Assembly: GCA_051439425.1 (NCBI GenBank)
Contig: JBFRWD010000059.1
Location: 1 to 61,014, forward strand
Source: Synechococcus sp.
Lineage (GTDB): Bacteria > Cyanobacteriota > Cyanobacteriia > Thermostichales > PCC-7336
Direction: 5' to 3'
Length of the DNA stretch: 61,014 bases
Positions 10,115 to 18,818 of the stretch are shown here, in pieces. The notes beneath the pieces are model-generated. The model did not search any database. It saw only the letters and a list, made by a program, of their open reading frames with translations, and had not been told where the DNA came from. Each line of letters starts with the position of its first letter. The stretch's first letter is position 1. The translations under genes and the position numbers were made by a program.

Positions 10115-11776
10115 CTAGATATAAATGGGACAGCTCATATCTTGCAGCCGCTCCGTCAATTTTAAGTTTTCTCGATAATCAATCGGGCAATCGATGACAA
10201 CAGGGCGATCGGCATTCAGCCCCTTACGCAGCAGGTCCGGAAACTCTTCGGTCTTCTCCAATCGATAGCCGATGGCTCCAAAGCTGCGGGCTAAAGAGAC
10301 AAAATCGGGATTTTGGAAATCGACACCTGCCGTTGCTTGATAGCGGTTTTGCTGCTTCCAACGAATCAGTCCGTAACCATTGTCATCAAAGAGCACAATA
10401 ACGATGGCAAGCTTCAGTCGCACTGCCGTTTCCAGCTCCTGTACGTTCATCATGAAGCCCCCATCTCCGCAGACAGCGACAACCGCTCGCTCCGGGTGCA
10501 CTAACTTAGCAGCGATCGCCGAAGGTAGGGCGAATCCCATTGCTGCAAATCCGTTGGAAATCAACACCGTGTTAGGGCGGTAGGCCGGGAACATGCGCGC
10601 AACCCACACCTTGTTGGCTCCTACATCCGAAATCACAATCGACTCGGGGGGTAGTATTCTACGCAATTCGTAGAGCGCTTTTTGCGGCTTGATTGGCCAA
10701 CTATTGTCATCCTTCGAGAGCGAATACTCCTCAAGAATTTGTTGCTGAATACCTTTGAAGCGATCGAATGACTTGGGCTGAAACACCATTCCGGCCAGAC
10801 GGGATACAATCCGCTCGACATTGCCGACAATCTCGACCGCCGGAACGTAACTGGCATCGACTTCTGCGGGGCCAGCAGCGATGTGAATGATGGTTTTGGT
10901 TTTATCTTTATTCCAAAATTCTGGCCCGTACTCCACATAGTCATAACCGATGGCAATCACGACATCGGCGTTATCCATTCCGCAGGCAATATGATCGCGT
11001 ACCTGCAGACCCATCGTATACAGGCTATTGGGATGCTGAAAGCTAAGAATGCCCTTGGCCATGAAGGTATTTACCACTGGCACATTCAGAGTTTCTGCCA
11101 GTTGCTGCACCGCTTGCGATGCCCCAGCCCGAATTGCTCCGTTACCTGCCAAAATGAGCGGGATCTCTGCTTGTTCGATTATTTCTGCCGCCTGTAAGAG
11201 TAATTCTTGTGGTGCGGTTGAAGTTAACCGACGAGAGCTGGGTGTGAATGGCAGAGGAATATCCGGAGCATCATTATTAACGGTCATGGCAGCGATATTT
11301 TCGGGTAACTCGATATGAGTCGCCCCCGGTGGCTCCGCCTCCGCCAACTTGAATGCTTTGCGCACCACTTCCGCTACGGGTTCGGGAGAGCTGATGCGCG
11401 CGGTCCATTTGGTAAACGGCTTGAATACCGAGTTGATGTCGATGTATTGGTGAAACTCCTGATGGATACGGCGCAAATCGGCCTGTCCGGTAATCGCCAC
11501 TAACGGAGCGCGATCCAAACTGGCGTCTGCGATCCCCGTAATCAAATTGGTGGCTCCAGGTCCCAACGTTGCCAAACACACGCCAGCTTTACCGGTCAGA
11601 CGGCCGTAGGCATCGGCCATAAACGCAGCGCCTTGCTCGTGCCGAACCGACACAAACTCGATCGCCGAACTTCGCAATGCATCATTGATATCGAGGGTCT
11701 CTTCACCCGGTAGGCCGAAGATGTAGCGTACTCCTTCTTCTTCTAAACAGCGCACAAGTAGATCGGCTACACGCAT
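10115..11776 (-). CDS. ThDP-dependent acetolactate-synthase-like enzyme; resembles cyanobacterial 2-oxoglutarate decarboxylase (Sll1981/OgdA)
   Basis: IFGLPGEE, RHEQGAAFMAD, GPGATNL, GDGGFMMN..DNGYGLIRWKQ, C-terminal DCPIDYREN. Confidence 0.85.
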   Translation of the reverse strand: MRVADLLVRCLEEEGVRYIFGLPGEETLDINDALRSSAIEFVSVRHEQGAAFMADAYGRLTGKAGVCLATLGPGATNLITGIADASLDRAPLVAITGQADLRRIHQEFHQYIDINSVFKPFTKWTARISSPEPVAEVVRKAFKLAEAEPPGATHIELPENIAAMTVNNDAPDIPLPFTPSSRRLTSTAPQELLLQAAEIIEQAEIPLILAGNGAIRAGASQAVQQLAETLNVPVVNTFMAKGILSFQHPNSLYTMGLQVRDHIACGMDNADVVIAIGYDYVEYGPEFWNKDKTKTIIHIAAGPAEVDASYVPAVEIVGNVERIVSRLAGMVFQPKSFDRFKGIQQQILEEYSLSKDDNSWPIKPQKALYELRRILPPESIVISDVGANKVWVARMFPAYRPNTVLISNGFAAMGFALPSAIAAKLVHPERAVVAVCGDGGFMMNVQELETAVRLKLAIVIVLFDDNGYGLIRWKQQNRYQATAGVDFQNPDFVSLARSFGAIGYRLEKTEEFPDLLRKGLNADRPVVIDCPIDYRENLKLTERLQDMSCPIYI

Positions 11777-11913
11777 CACACCAGCCCCGATAACGGTACC
11801 CCCCTCTGATTTCGAGTGTGGCACAGAGATCTATGCAAAGGGTTTACAGGTTCGTGAAGCTAAATACTGTTCTTTTAAGCAAGGTACCGTGCTTTTAAGT
11901 AAATCCCCTGCTT

Positions 11914-13509
11914 CTAAGCAAGTCCTATCAACGCCTGTAAGGGGGGCGGAAGCGGCAAAATCACGATGGTTAGGATTGTCAAGGTGAATAGACCCAACAG
12001 GTCGCGCCCTTCGTCTAAGTCCGTGACATCGTTGAGAGCAGGTTCGTCGGTACTGGTTAACAGCAGAACAACCAGCATCCATGCCCGCAACCACGGCTGC
12101 AGGGTAAAAGCTAGCAACACAACCAATACGCGGGTCACCTTGCCGATGTTGGTACCCATTTGGTGACCGTACATAGCATGAACAATATGCCCGCCCCCCA
12201 ACTGCCCAATAGGAATTAAGTTGAGGGAAATCACTAATAGCCCCAGCCAACCGGCAAAACCAATCGGGTGAAATTGCAAGACGGTGTTGGCAGACAATTC
12301 GCTACCCAGTGCGATTTTGGCCAAAATCGCCAACAAAATGGATTGACTGGGATCGAAAGTAAAAGAATCGAGGAATAACTGCGACGTAGGTTCCGAAACT
12401 GGTTCGGGGAAAGGAAGCACGCTCGATTGCATGAGTCCCCAAATTAGTAGGGGGAAGGCAACGATTAACCCGGCCAGCGGACCGGCAATGGATACATCAA
12501 ACAGTGACTTGCGATCGGGAACGGGCTCTTTTAAGCGAACAAAAGCCCCAAACGTCCCCAGAAAAAACGGCACCGGAATGAAGTAGGGCAAGGATATCTT
12601 GAGATTGTGCCGCCGAGCTGCAATGTAGTGTCCCAACTCATGGGCTCCCAGTATCAACACGATCGCCAACGCATACGGCAGCCCTGCCAATAGGTTAGTG
12701 GGAGGACTAAACAGCGTTTCGGGAGTGATGCGACCCGACGCAAGTGCCCCGACAGTCATGGTGCTGAATAGCGAGGCAACGACCAAAGCAATTGCCAAAT
12801 TGGGCCGATCGCGATCGCTCTCCTCATCACTCAACGCTTCTCGGGCAGCGGCTGTTGGATTGGGCACGATCGCAAAGAACGGCTTACCAGAAAATCCTTC
12901 CTGCAGCACCAATAAAAATCGCTGGCCGAATAGGTTTCTCAAGTTATCGCTAATGCATTGATAGGCTTCGTCAGGTGCTGCTCGCAAATTCCCCCGACAA
13001 ATGATGGCCTGTGGTCGATATTCAAAGTCCTGAATGTAGTACATCGTCCAGGGGAAGCAGCCCCGTAATTTATCTCGCGATAGCTCGGCTAATGCTTTAT
13101 TCGTGGGTGTGCTGAAAGACTTAAGTTGTTGGGCCACGACCTCTGCCGGATTTTTCGCAGAGGACAGGGCCTCTTGAGACTGCATATCGGGGTGGGACTC
13201 TACTGCTGTATCAGCAGAACCAGGCTCACCACTATCTCCGAGAGAATTTTCGCTGTGTGGAGGTACTCTCAAGCGGCCCCGACGCAACATAGACAAACTG
13301 GAAATATACGAAAAGAGGAACAGCCCCCCTAAAACAAGAATATTCGGCTGCCGCTGAAATACCTCGACTGAGACAACTAGAACGAAAATGGGCAGCATCA
13401 TGACCACCCATAACTTCAACCAAGGGACATGGCTTACTCGTGCAGCACTTCTGCTCAGTGCCCACGAGGTAAAGGCCCCAAAAAAAATTAGCACCATCCA
13501 ATGTGTCAT
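11914..13509 (-). CDS. Site-2 protease family (M50, EGY-like) membrane protein
   Basis: HELGH, GTFGAFV, AGPLAG, NLIPIGQLGGGH (normally LDGGH), EPALNDVTDLD. Confidence 0.88.
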   Translation of the reverse strand: MTHWMVLIFFGAFTSWALSRSAARVSHVPWLKLWVVMMLPIFVLVVSVEVFQRQPNILVLGGLFLFSYISSLSMLRRGRLRVPPHSENSLGDSGEPGSADTAVESHPDMQSQEALSSAKNPAEVVAQQLKSFSTPTNKALAELSRDKLRGCFPWTMYYIQDFEYRPQAIICRGNLRAAPDEAYQCISDNLRNLFGQRFLLVLQEGFSGKPFFAIVPNPTAAAREALSDEESDRDRPNLAIALVVASLFSTMTVGALASGRITPETLFSPPTNLLAGLPYALAIVLILGAHELGHYIAARRHNLKISLPYFIPVPFFLGTFGAFVRLKEPVPDRKSLFDVSIAGPLAGLIVAFPLLIWGLMQSSVLPFPEPVSEPTSQLFLDSFTFDPSQSILLAILAKIALGSELSANTVLQFHPIGFAGWLGLLVISLNLIPIGQLGGGHIVHAMYGHQMGTNIGKVTRVLVVLLAFTLQPWLRAWMLVVLLLTSTDEPALNDVTDLDEGRDLLGLFTLTILTIVILPLPPPLQALIGLA

Positions 13510-13991
13510 GTGTTTGCAGCCTGCCCCGATTGTTCCGTTCAGAACTTACTTCAGTTATGGATTGCCGTCACTGGCTTTTGTAGATACTGGACAGGTTGCC
13601 CAGCGTTGGTTAGCGAATCCTGTCTCTGACTCATTTCTACAGTTGACGAGCTAAGCACAAAGCGTTCTCTCACACGGAGGCTCGCAACCATAGCCGAGCC
13701 CTGTCTCCAAACGATGCGTCTAGCACGGCATTGCAATGCTAGAGCTCTAACGAGTGCGGCACAGCGTTTGATAGTTCACTTGAGTAACGGCTGCTCGTCA
13801 TGGGTGCAACGGCGCAGAAACTCAAAGACGGAAATCGCGCCCATTCATTTTAGCTACAGCATTTACGAGATTGTCACTTTCCAGCCAACAGACGGGATAG
13901 ATTCCAGGGATAGGGGCATCACTTTTTTTTTGACGGGGATTCCCCTAGATGGCAAGACATTAGCGTGCGAAAGCGGCATCTATCGCGACGA

Positions 13992-14363
13992 TTAACTGTC
14001 ACGTTTCATTAGTTTTTTATAAAAAGCGGTACTGAAATCAGGCGATTGACCGCGTTTGATTGTTCCAACGACATCGATCAGGTAGTCAATGAATTCAAAG
14101 TTAGACAATGACATCTCGTAGGTAAGCTCGGCATCTTGCCTAAACTGCACCTGGCAAACGGTCAAGTCAGAGGGTAAAGGCAGCGAAGGCCACGTAGCCA
14201 CAAATGGCACGGAGGCATCTCCTTCAATGCCGCGCTCTCCTTCAAAGTTTTTCTGCTTGTAAAGCCCCACAGCTAGAGGTAGCAACGGGCGACGACCGAC
14301 AGCGTAATACGGAGCATAAACGGCCACTTCTCCGGGACTCGCTGGTGTAATGTCTGTTGTCAT
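13992..14363 (-). CDS. ebsA: Type IV pilus/biofilm-suppression protein EbsA
   Basis: PASPGEVAVYAPYY..LPLAVGLY..EGERGIEG..PFVATW; ELTYEM..FEFIDYL..DFSTAFYKKL. Confidence 0.8.
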   Translation of the reverse strand: MTTDITPASPGEVAVYAPYYAVGRRPLLPLAVGLYKQKNFEGERGIEGDASVPFVATWPSLPLPSDLTVCQVQFRQDAELTYEMSLSNFEFIDYLIDVVGTIKRGQSPDFSTAFYKKLMKRDS

Positions 14364-14536
14364 GCTGCTTCTCGCACCTGCACTCTGCTCGATATCCAAT
14401 GGGCTAGCATCAATTCCAGCCTATTTTCTCAAGATACCCAACCCTTTCAGCCGTTCTTACTTCGGTCACAACCCGACTTAGCGATCGCCCAAATTGGCTA
14501 GCCCATTAGTCTCGCCGAACTGTAGTTTCCAACCCA

Positions 14537-14570
14537 AACGCCGACCCAGATAGAATCTAGGGTCGGCGTT
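14537..14570. terminator. Hairpin downstream of ycf48
   Basis: 11-bp stem AACGCCGACCC / GGGTCGGCGTT. Confidence 0.5.
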
Positions 14571-14646
14571 CATTGAGGCAAATGGGTTAATCGAGCTTTA
14601 CTCTATGCCCTATATCCATTTGGGTTTGGACAACACATCAACAACT

Positions 14647-15618
14647 TTAGTTGGTTGGAGTGTAGCGAAGTAAGGTTCCACTTTGGCCCAGGATAAAGCC
14701 ACGCTCGGGAGACAAGAATTTCACTGCATAAAAGTTCGCAGGAATACGGCTAGCCTCTTTCACTTGCTCCCAGGTCTGGCCACCATCAGCACTGTGAACT
14801 AGAGTGCCGCTACCACCCACAACCCAGAAATTATCGTCATCCTGATAGGTTGCGCCCAGATAGCCAAAGCTCGTAGTGCGGCCAGGACGCTGCGCTTTAT
14901 CCCACTTGCCGCTAGTGACATCGTCGGTGAATGCAACTTCTGCTCCACGGTTTAACTTCCAAGCGGAGTTATTCGGGCCAAACCCCATGTTCTGCAGGCG
15001 GCGAGAGCTATCGCGGTTGAAAGGTTCCCACGCTCGGGAGCCGGGGCGGTGCAGGGTGTAGAAGTTACCGCGAGCAGATACGCCAACGTAGGCACCATCC
15101 TCGCGTCGGTTGACATTACGCAATACGCCGATTGCATCGTCCACCATCGCAGTCCAGTTACGACCGCCATCGTTCGTGCTGTAGATAGCACCGACCGTCG
15201 TCACCATTTCGGCAGAGTTGGGGCCTGTGGATTCCACCAGCATGGGCTCGCCAGGCAGTTTGTCGCTTAGGGGAATTTGGGCCCAGCGATCGCCACCATC
15301 GGTGGTGTGCAGCATGACCTTGGGTTCGCCAGCCACCCAACCTTCGTCACCGCCGAAGCTAATAGAAGACAAATAGTAGTCGGGGTTGCTGGTTTGTAGC
15401 GTGCTGGCCGTCCAGTTAATTCCGCCATCCTTCGTCTCTAAGAGAGTGCCCTTGTCACCCACAATCCAGCCTCTGTCGGTGTTATCGACAAAATCGATAT
15501 CCAACAGTGTGCGATCGGTGGGTAGGTCAATCACCTGCCAGGGAGACACCCGCATATTTGGCAGACCGGCTGCCATTAGCAGGACAGAAAGAAGAATCGC
15601 AAATGCGCGCAGAACCAT
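14647..15618 (-). CDS. ycf48: Photosystem II assembly factor Ycf48/Hcf136
   Basis: BNR repeats (TKDGG, TTDGG, SADGG), VSARGNFY, RDSSRRLQNMGF; follows rubA. Confidence 0.95.
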   Translation of the reverse strand: MVLRAFAILLSVLLMAAGLPNMRVSPWQVIDLPTDRTLLDIDFVDNTDRGWIVGDKGTLLETKDGGINWTASTLQTSNPDYYLSSISFGGDEGWVAGEPKVMLHTTDGGDRWAQIPLSDKLPGEPMLVESTGPNSAEMVTTVGAIYSTNDGGRNWTAMVDDAIGVLRNVNRREDGAYVGVSARGNFYTLHRPGSRAWEPFNRDSSRRLQNMGFGPNNSAWKLNRGAEVAFTDDVTSGKWDKAQRPGRTTSFGYLGATYQDDDNFWVVGGSGTLVHSADGGQTWEQVKEASRIPANFYAVKFLSPERGFILGQSGTLLRYTPTN

Positions 15619-15670
15619 AGCAACTAATGAATGAAAACAACGGAATGAAACGTTCGACCGCTAAACGGGA

Positions 15671-16099
15671 TTATTGCAGGAGATACATACTCATAAATAA
15701 TGCTACGGCGGCTCCCAGAGCACCGAAGATCAAAATGTTTTTCTGGCCTGGGGTCATGGAGTTAACCCCCAAACCGTAGCCAAGATTTTCATCAAATCCT
15801 GACGCCTTTCCTTTTGCTCCCACGTCTTCGAACAAATTTTGAGAGGCATTGCACACCGGACAGCGCCAAGACTCGGGTAATTCTTCAAAGGGCACTCCGA
15901 TCGCAATAGAGCTTTGCGGATCGCCCTTGGTGGGTTCGTAGGTGTAGTCGCAGGACCGACACTTATACCGATGCAAATCGGCCGGTTTGACAGCTGCGGC
16001 AGCCTGTTCCTCGATTTCAATCTCGTCACTAAGGTCGACAATGGGTGGATCGACCGGGTTGGTATCGGACGTCAGGTTAGTTGGCGTATCGGCTGGCAT
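15671..16099 (-). CDS. rubA: Membrane-anchored rubredoxin
   Basis: YKCRSCDYTYEP..WRCPVC, GFDENLGYGLGVNSMTPGQKNILIFG plus C-terminal TM helix. Confidence 0.93.
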   Translation of the reverse strand: MPADTPTNLTSDTNPVDPPIVDLSDEIEIEEQAAAAVKPADLHRYKCRSCDYTYEPTKGDPQSSIAIGVPFEELPESWRCPVCNASQNLFEDVGAKGKASGFDENLGYGLGVNSMTPGQKNILIFGALGAAVALFMSMYLLQ

Positions 16100-16315
16100 G
16101 ATGCTTCACCACAGGGCAGCTTGCGTACTGGAACGATTATGAGCGTTTCTGTTACAAAAATCTATATTTTTGTCAAACAGACAATGGAGATGTCGTTCTC
16201 CCAGCCTAGGCGATCGTTCAACCCTCTGGAGGGTTCTGTCATCAGTTTTCAACTGTTGCTGTGCAAGCGGATGTGTCGATCTGGGCTTATTCAGGCAAGA
16301 GTCTCTGGTGGGGGC

Positions 16316-17530
16316 TCAAGACTCAGGCTTCGTATCGAGACTCATCGCTCGTTCTAGAGCCGCTTTCTCTGCAGCTCGTTTTGCGTAGGGCTGTAGCTCC
16401 TCGGTGGTCAAGTCGGTCAGTAGCTCCAGATCTTCCACACTGACCCCTCGACCGAGCATATCGACGTACCAAGTCTGGCGGGCTTGCTGCAATGTTGGGG
16501 CTGTTCCTTGAGGGGTTAGCAGCCCTTCAACAATCGCCTGCCAGCGGGCTTGGATGTCATCCTCCGAAGCCGGGTTGCCTTCCCCCGTGTAAAACAATGC
16601 TTGCCAGTCATCTTTACGACTGTTCACCCACTGGGTGAGTGGATTACGCGCATCGGAACCGTATTTTTGTCCCATGACCCATCGGTTCATGGGCACCTGT
16701 CGCACCACTCCCTGCGTGACCTGCAGGAGGTGTTGTGGAGGATTGTTGATGTAATGCCAGCGTTCGAGGGAGGCAATCTCAGCAGCACTCAGTCCTGTTG
16801 ACAGCACAACATAAGCAAGGGCATAGTCTTGAGCACCATGCTTTTTGGCTCGTTGCAGTATCTCTTTGGCTAAGTTTGACGGTAGATCGGCGATCGCCGT
16901 TGACAATACGCTCCCGTCCACTTTTCGAGTGGGTAGGGCTGCAGCAGTCTCGCGTGTAAAGAACCCTTCTACATCAGCCAAGAACTCGTCTCGGGTGGGC
17001 CACAGACTGTGGGCATCGCTGGTGAATTCCAGAACGGTATATCCGAGAACAATGCAGTTGAGTAGGCGAGCCAGACTTTGCACGGTAGCTGCATCGAGGG
17101 CGGACTGTTGCGGCAACGTGGTCGCCAAATATTGGGTGGTAATGCGATTGATACGAGTCAAGGTGCGCCCGAGTGCTTGACAGGTGTCTTCGGAAAACTG
17201 CCCGGACTCACCAACTAACGATCTCAGTAGCTCGGCTCCGCGATCGAGCAACTCCAATAAATCGACAGCATAGGTCTGAGCGGCTTGGGCCACTGAGGGG
17301 GACGGCACTTGATGGTTCCCCAAAATTTCCCGTAGCTGAGCGAATACGCTCGTATCGTCCAGCAATCCTAAAAGCAAGCCATGCTTGCTTCCAAATTGAC
17401 GAAACAGCGTTACTTCGTTGACCTCGGCCAATTCTGCAATCTGCTTGGTGGTGGTTTCCTGAATTCCTTGGGAAAGGTACAGCTGTTTGGCTGCGTCAAT
17501 CAGGCGATCGCGAGAGGATGTTCGGCTCAT
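16316..17530 (-). CDS. TetR-family regulator fused to a degenerate tyrosine-recombinase (Xer/Int-like) domain
   Basis: N-terminal HTH (TTTKQIAELAEVNEVTLFRQFGSK); C-terminal DYALAYVVLSTGLSAAEIASL, RQVPM, TLQQARQTW..MLGRGVSVEDL..LQPY. Confidence 0.8.
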   Translation of the reverse strand: MSRTSSRDRLIDAAKQLYLSQGIQETTTKQIAELAEVNEVTLFRQFGSKHGLLLGLLDDTSVFAQLREILGNHQVPSPSVAQAAQTYAVDLLELLDRGAELLRSLVGESGQFSEDTCQALGRTLTRINRITTQYLATTLPQQSALDAATVQSLARLLNCIVLGYTVLEFTSDAHSLWPTRDEFLADVEGFFTRETAAALPTRKVDGSVLSTAIADLPSNLAKEILQRAKKHGAQDYALAYVVLSTGLSAAEIASLERWHYINNPPQHLLQVTQGVVRQVPMNRWVMGQKYGSDARNPLTQWVNSRKDDWQALFYTGEGNPASEDDIQARWQAIVEGLLTPQGTAPTLQQARQTWYVDMLGRGVSVEDLELLTDLTTEELQPYAKRAAEKAALERAMSLDTKPES

Positions 17531-17610
17531 TGCAATGCTTGAGATAGAGAGCGACTAGATAGCTCGAACAATGAACCTAAGCCCGATAAGTGTCAGCTAT
17601 CAATCCAAAA

Positions 17611-17627
17611 TGCAAGTGATACTTGCA
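17611..17627. promoter_or_regulatory. Perfect palindrome, candidate TetR operator O1
   Basis: TGCAAGT-GAT-ACTTGCA in the divergent tetR/desC promoter region. Confidence 0.7.
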
Positions 17628-17656
17628 GGATTTGAAGGGTCTTGTTACTGTGTAAT

Positions 17657-17673
17657 TGTAAGCGATACTTGCA
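17657..17673. promoter_or_regulatory. Second copy of the palindrome, candidate operator O2
   Basis: TGTAAGC-GAT-ACTTGCA; 15/17 identical to O1. Confidence 0.65.
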
Positions 17674-17708
17674 TCTTTGCAAGAGTGTTGAGCGGATAGG
17701 AGAGTTTG

Positions 17709-18548
17709 ATGGTACAAGTTGCGTCTGCTGCCTCTCGTGTAGAGGACGAGTCTTTAGCAATCAGTTGGCCGATGGTAGGGTTCTTTGGCCTCATTCACGG
17801 TGTTGCCTTGCTGTCTGTCTTTTGTTTCTCTTGGCAAGCGCTAGGTGTCACTCTGTTTTTGCACTGGCTGTTGGGTAGCATCGGCATCTGTTTGGGATAT
17901 CATCGCCTCCTCACCCACAAAAGCTTTCAAGTCCCCAAGTGGCTGGAATATGTCATTGCCACGATTGGTGCGATGGCAATTCAGGGTGGCCCAATTTTTT
18001 GGGTGGCCGGTCATCGGCAACACCATGCATTTGCCGAAGATATCGACAAAGATCCCTATTCGGCCAGGCGAGGATTTTGGTGGAGCCACATTCTCTGGAT
18101 GATTTACCCCAAATCTTCCACCTACTCACACCAGTCCTACATGCGTTTTGCGCCGGATTTAGCCCGCGATCGCTACTATCGCTGGTTGGATCGCTACTTC
18201 TTGGTGTTGCAACTGCCACTTGCAGTCCTGCTGTACGCGCTGGGTGGCTGGTCGTTTATCATCTACGGTATCTTTTTCCGCTCTGTTATCCTGTGGCATT
18301 CCACTTGGTTGATTAACTCGGCAACCCACGTTTGGGGCGATCGCGACCACAACGTAGACGATAACTCTCGCAATCTGTGGTGGGCGGCACTGTTGACGTA
18401 TGGGGAAGGCTGGCACAACAATCATCACGCTCACCCACGTGTGGCTCCGGCTGGCTGGAAATGGTGGCAGATCGATACAACCTGGTGGGTAATTCGCGGT
18501 CTACAAGCCGTCGGACTGGCGAGAAAGGTGGTGATGCCTCCTCAATAG
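17709..18548 (+). CDS. desC: Delta-9 acyl-lipid desaturase
   Basis: His boxes HRLLTH, HRQHH, HNNHH; GGPIFWV, TWLINSATH. Confidence 0.93.
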   Translation: MVQVASAASRVEDESLAISWPMVGFFGLIHGVALLSVFCFSWQALGVTLFLHWLLGSIGICLGYHRLLTHKSFQVPKWLEYVIATIGAMAIQGGPIFWVAGHRQHHAFAEDIDKDPYSARRGFWWSHILWMIYPKSSTYSHQSYMRFAPDLARDRYYRWLDRYFLVLQLPLAVLLYALGGWSFIIYGIFFRSVILWHSTWLINSATHVWGDRDHNVDDNSRNLWWAALLTYGEGWHNNHHAHPRVAPAGWKWWQIDTTWWVIRGLQAVGLARKVVMPPQ

Positions 18549-18591
18549 TTTTTCTCTAACGTTCGGTAATGTCTAGCGCCTACGATGATAC

Positions 18592-18608
18592 TGCAGGCGC
18601 TACTTGCA
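18592..18608. promoter_or_regulatory. Third palindrome copy downstream of desC (overlaps a hairpin)
   Basis: TGCAGGC-GCT-ACTTGCA; 14/17 identical to O1; overlaps the TAGCGCCT/AGGCGCTA stem. Confidence 0.4.
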
Positions 18609-18736
18609 TCTATTGCGATTCGTAATCTGCTTATGGGAAGTTCCCGAGCCATCTTTACAGCTTGCTTGATGTCCAACGTCAGTTCGACGGAGCCACTTGA
18701 GAGGGTTCGTTGCCTTGCAGCACAACGAAACTATTC

Positions 18737-18804
18737 GGGTTGAAGTTTCATGCTCCCTTTCCCCACGTTGGGAGAAGGGTTGGGGATAAGGGGTATCGAA
18801 CTCA
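18737..18804. repeat. Dispersed REP-like palindromic repeat, copy 2
   Basis: gggttgaag..tgctccctttccccacgttgggagaagggttggggataagggg tatcgaactca; lies between convergent desC and sufD. Confidence 0.65.
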
Positions 18805-18818
18805 ATTGTGCAGAGTGC

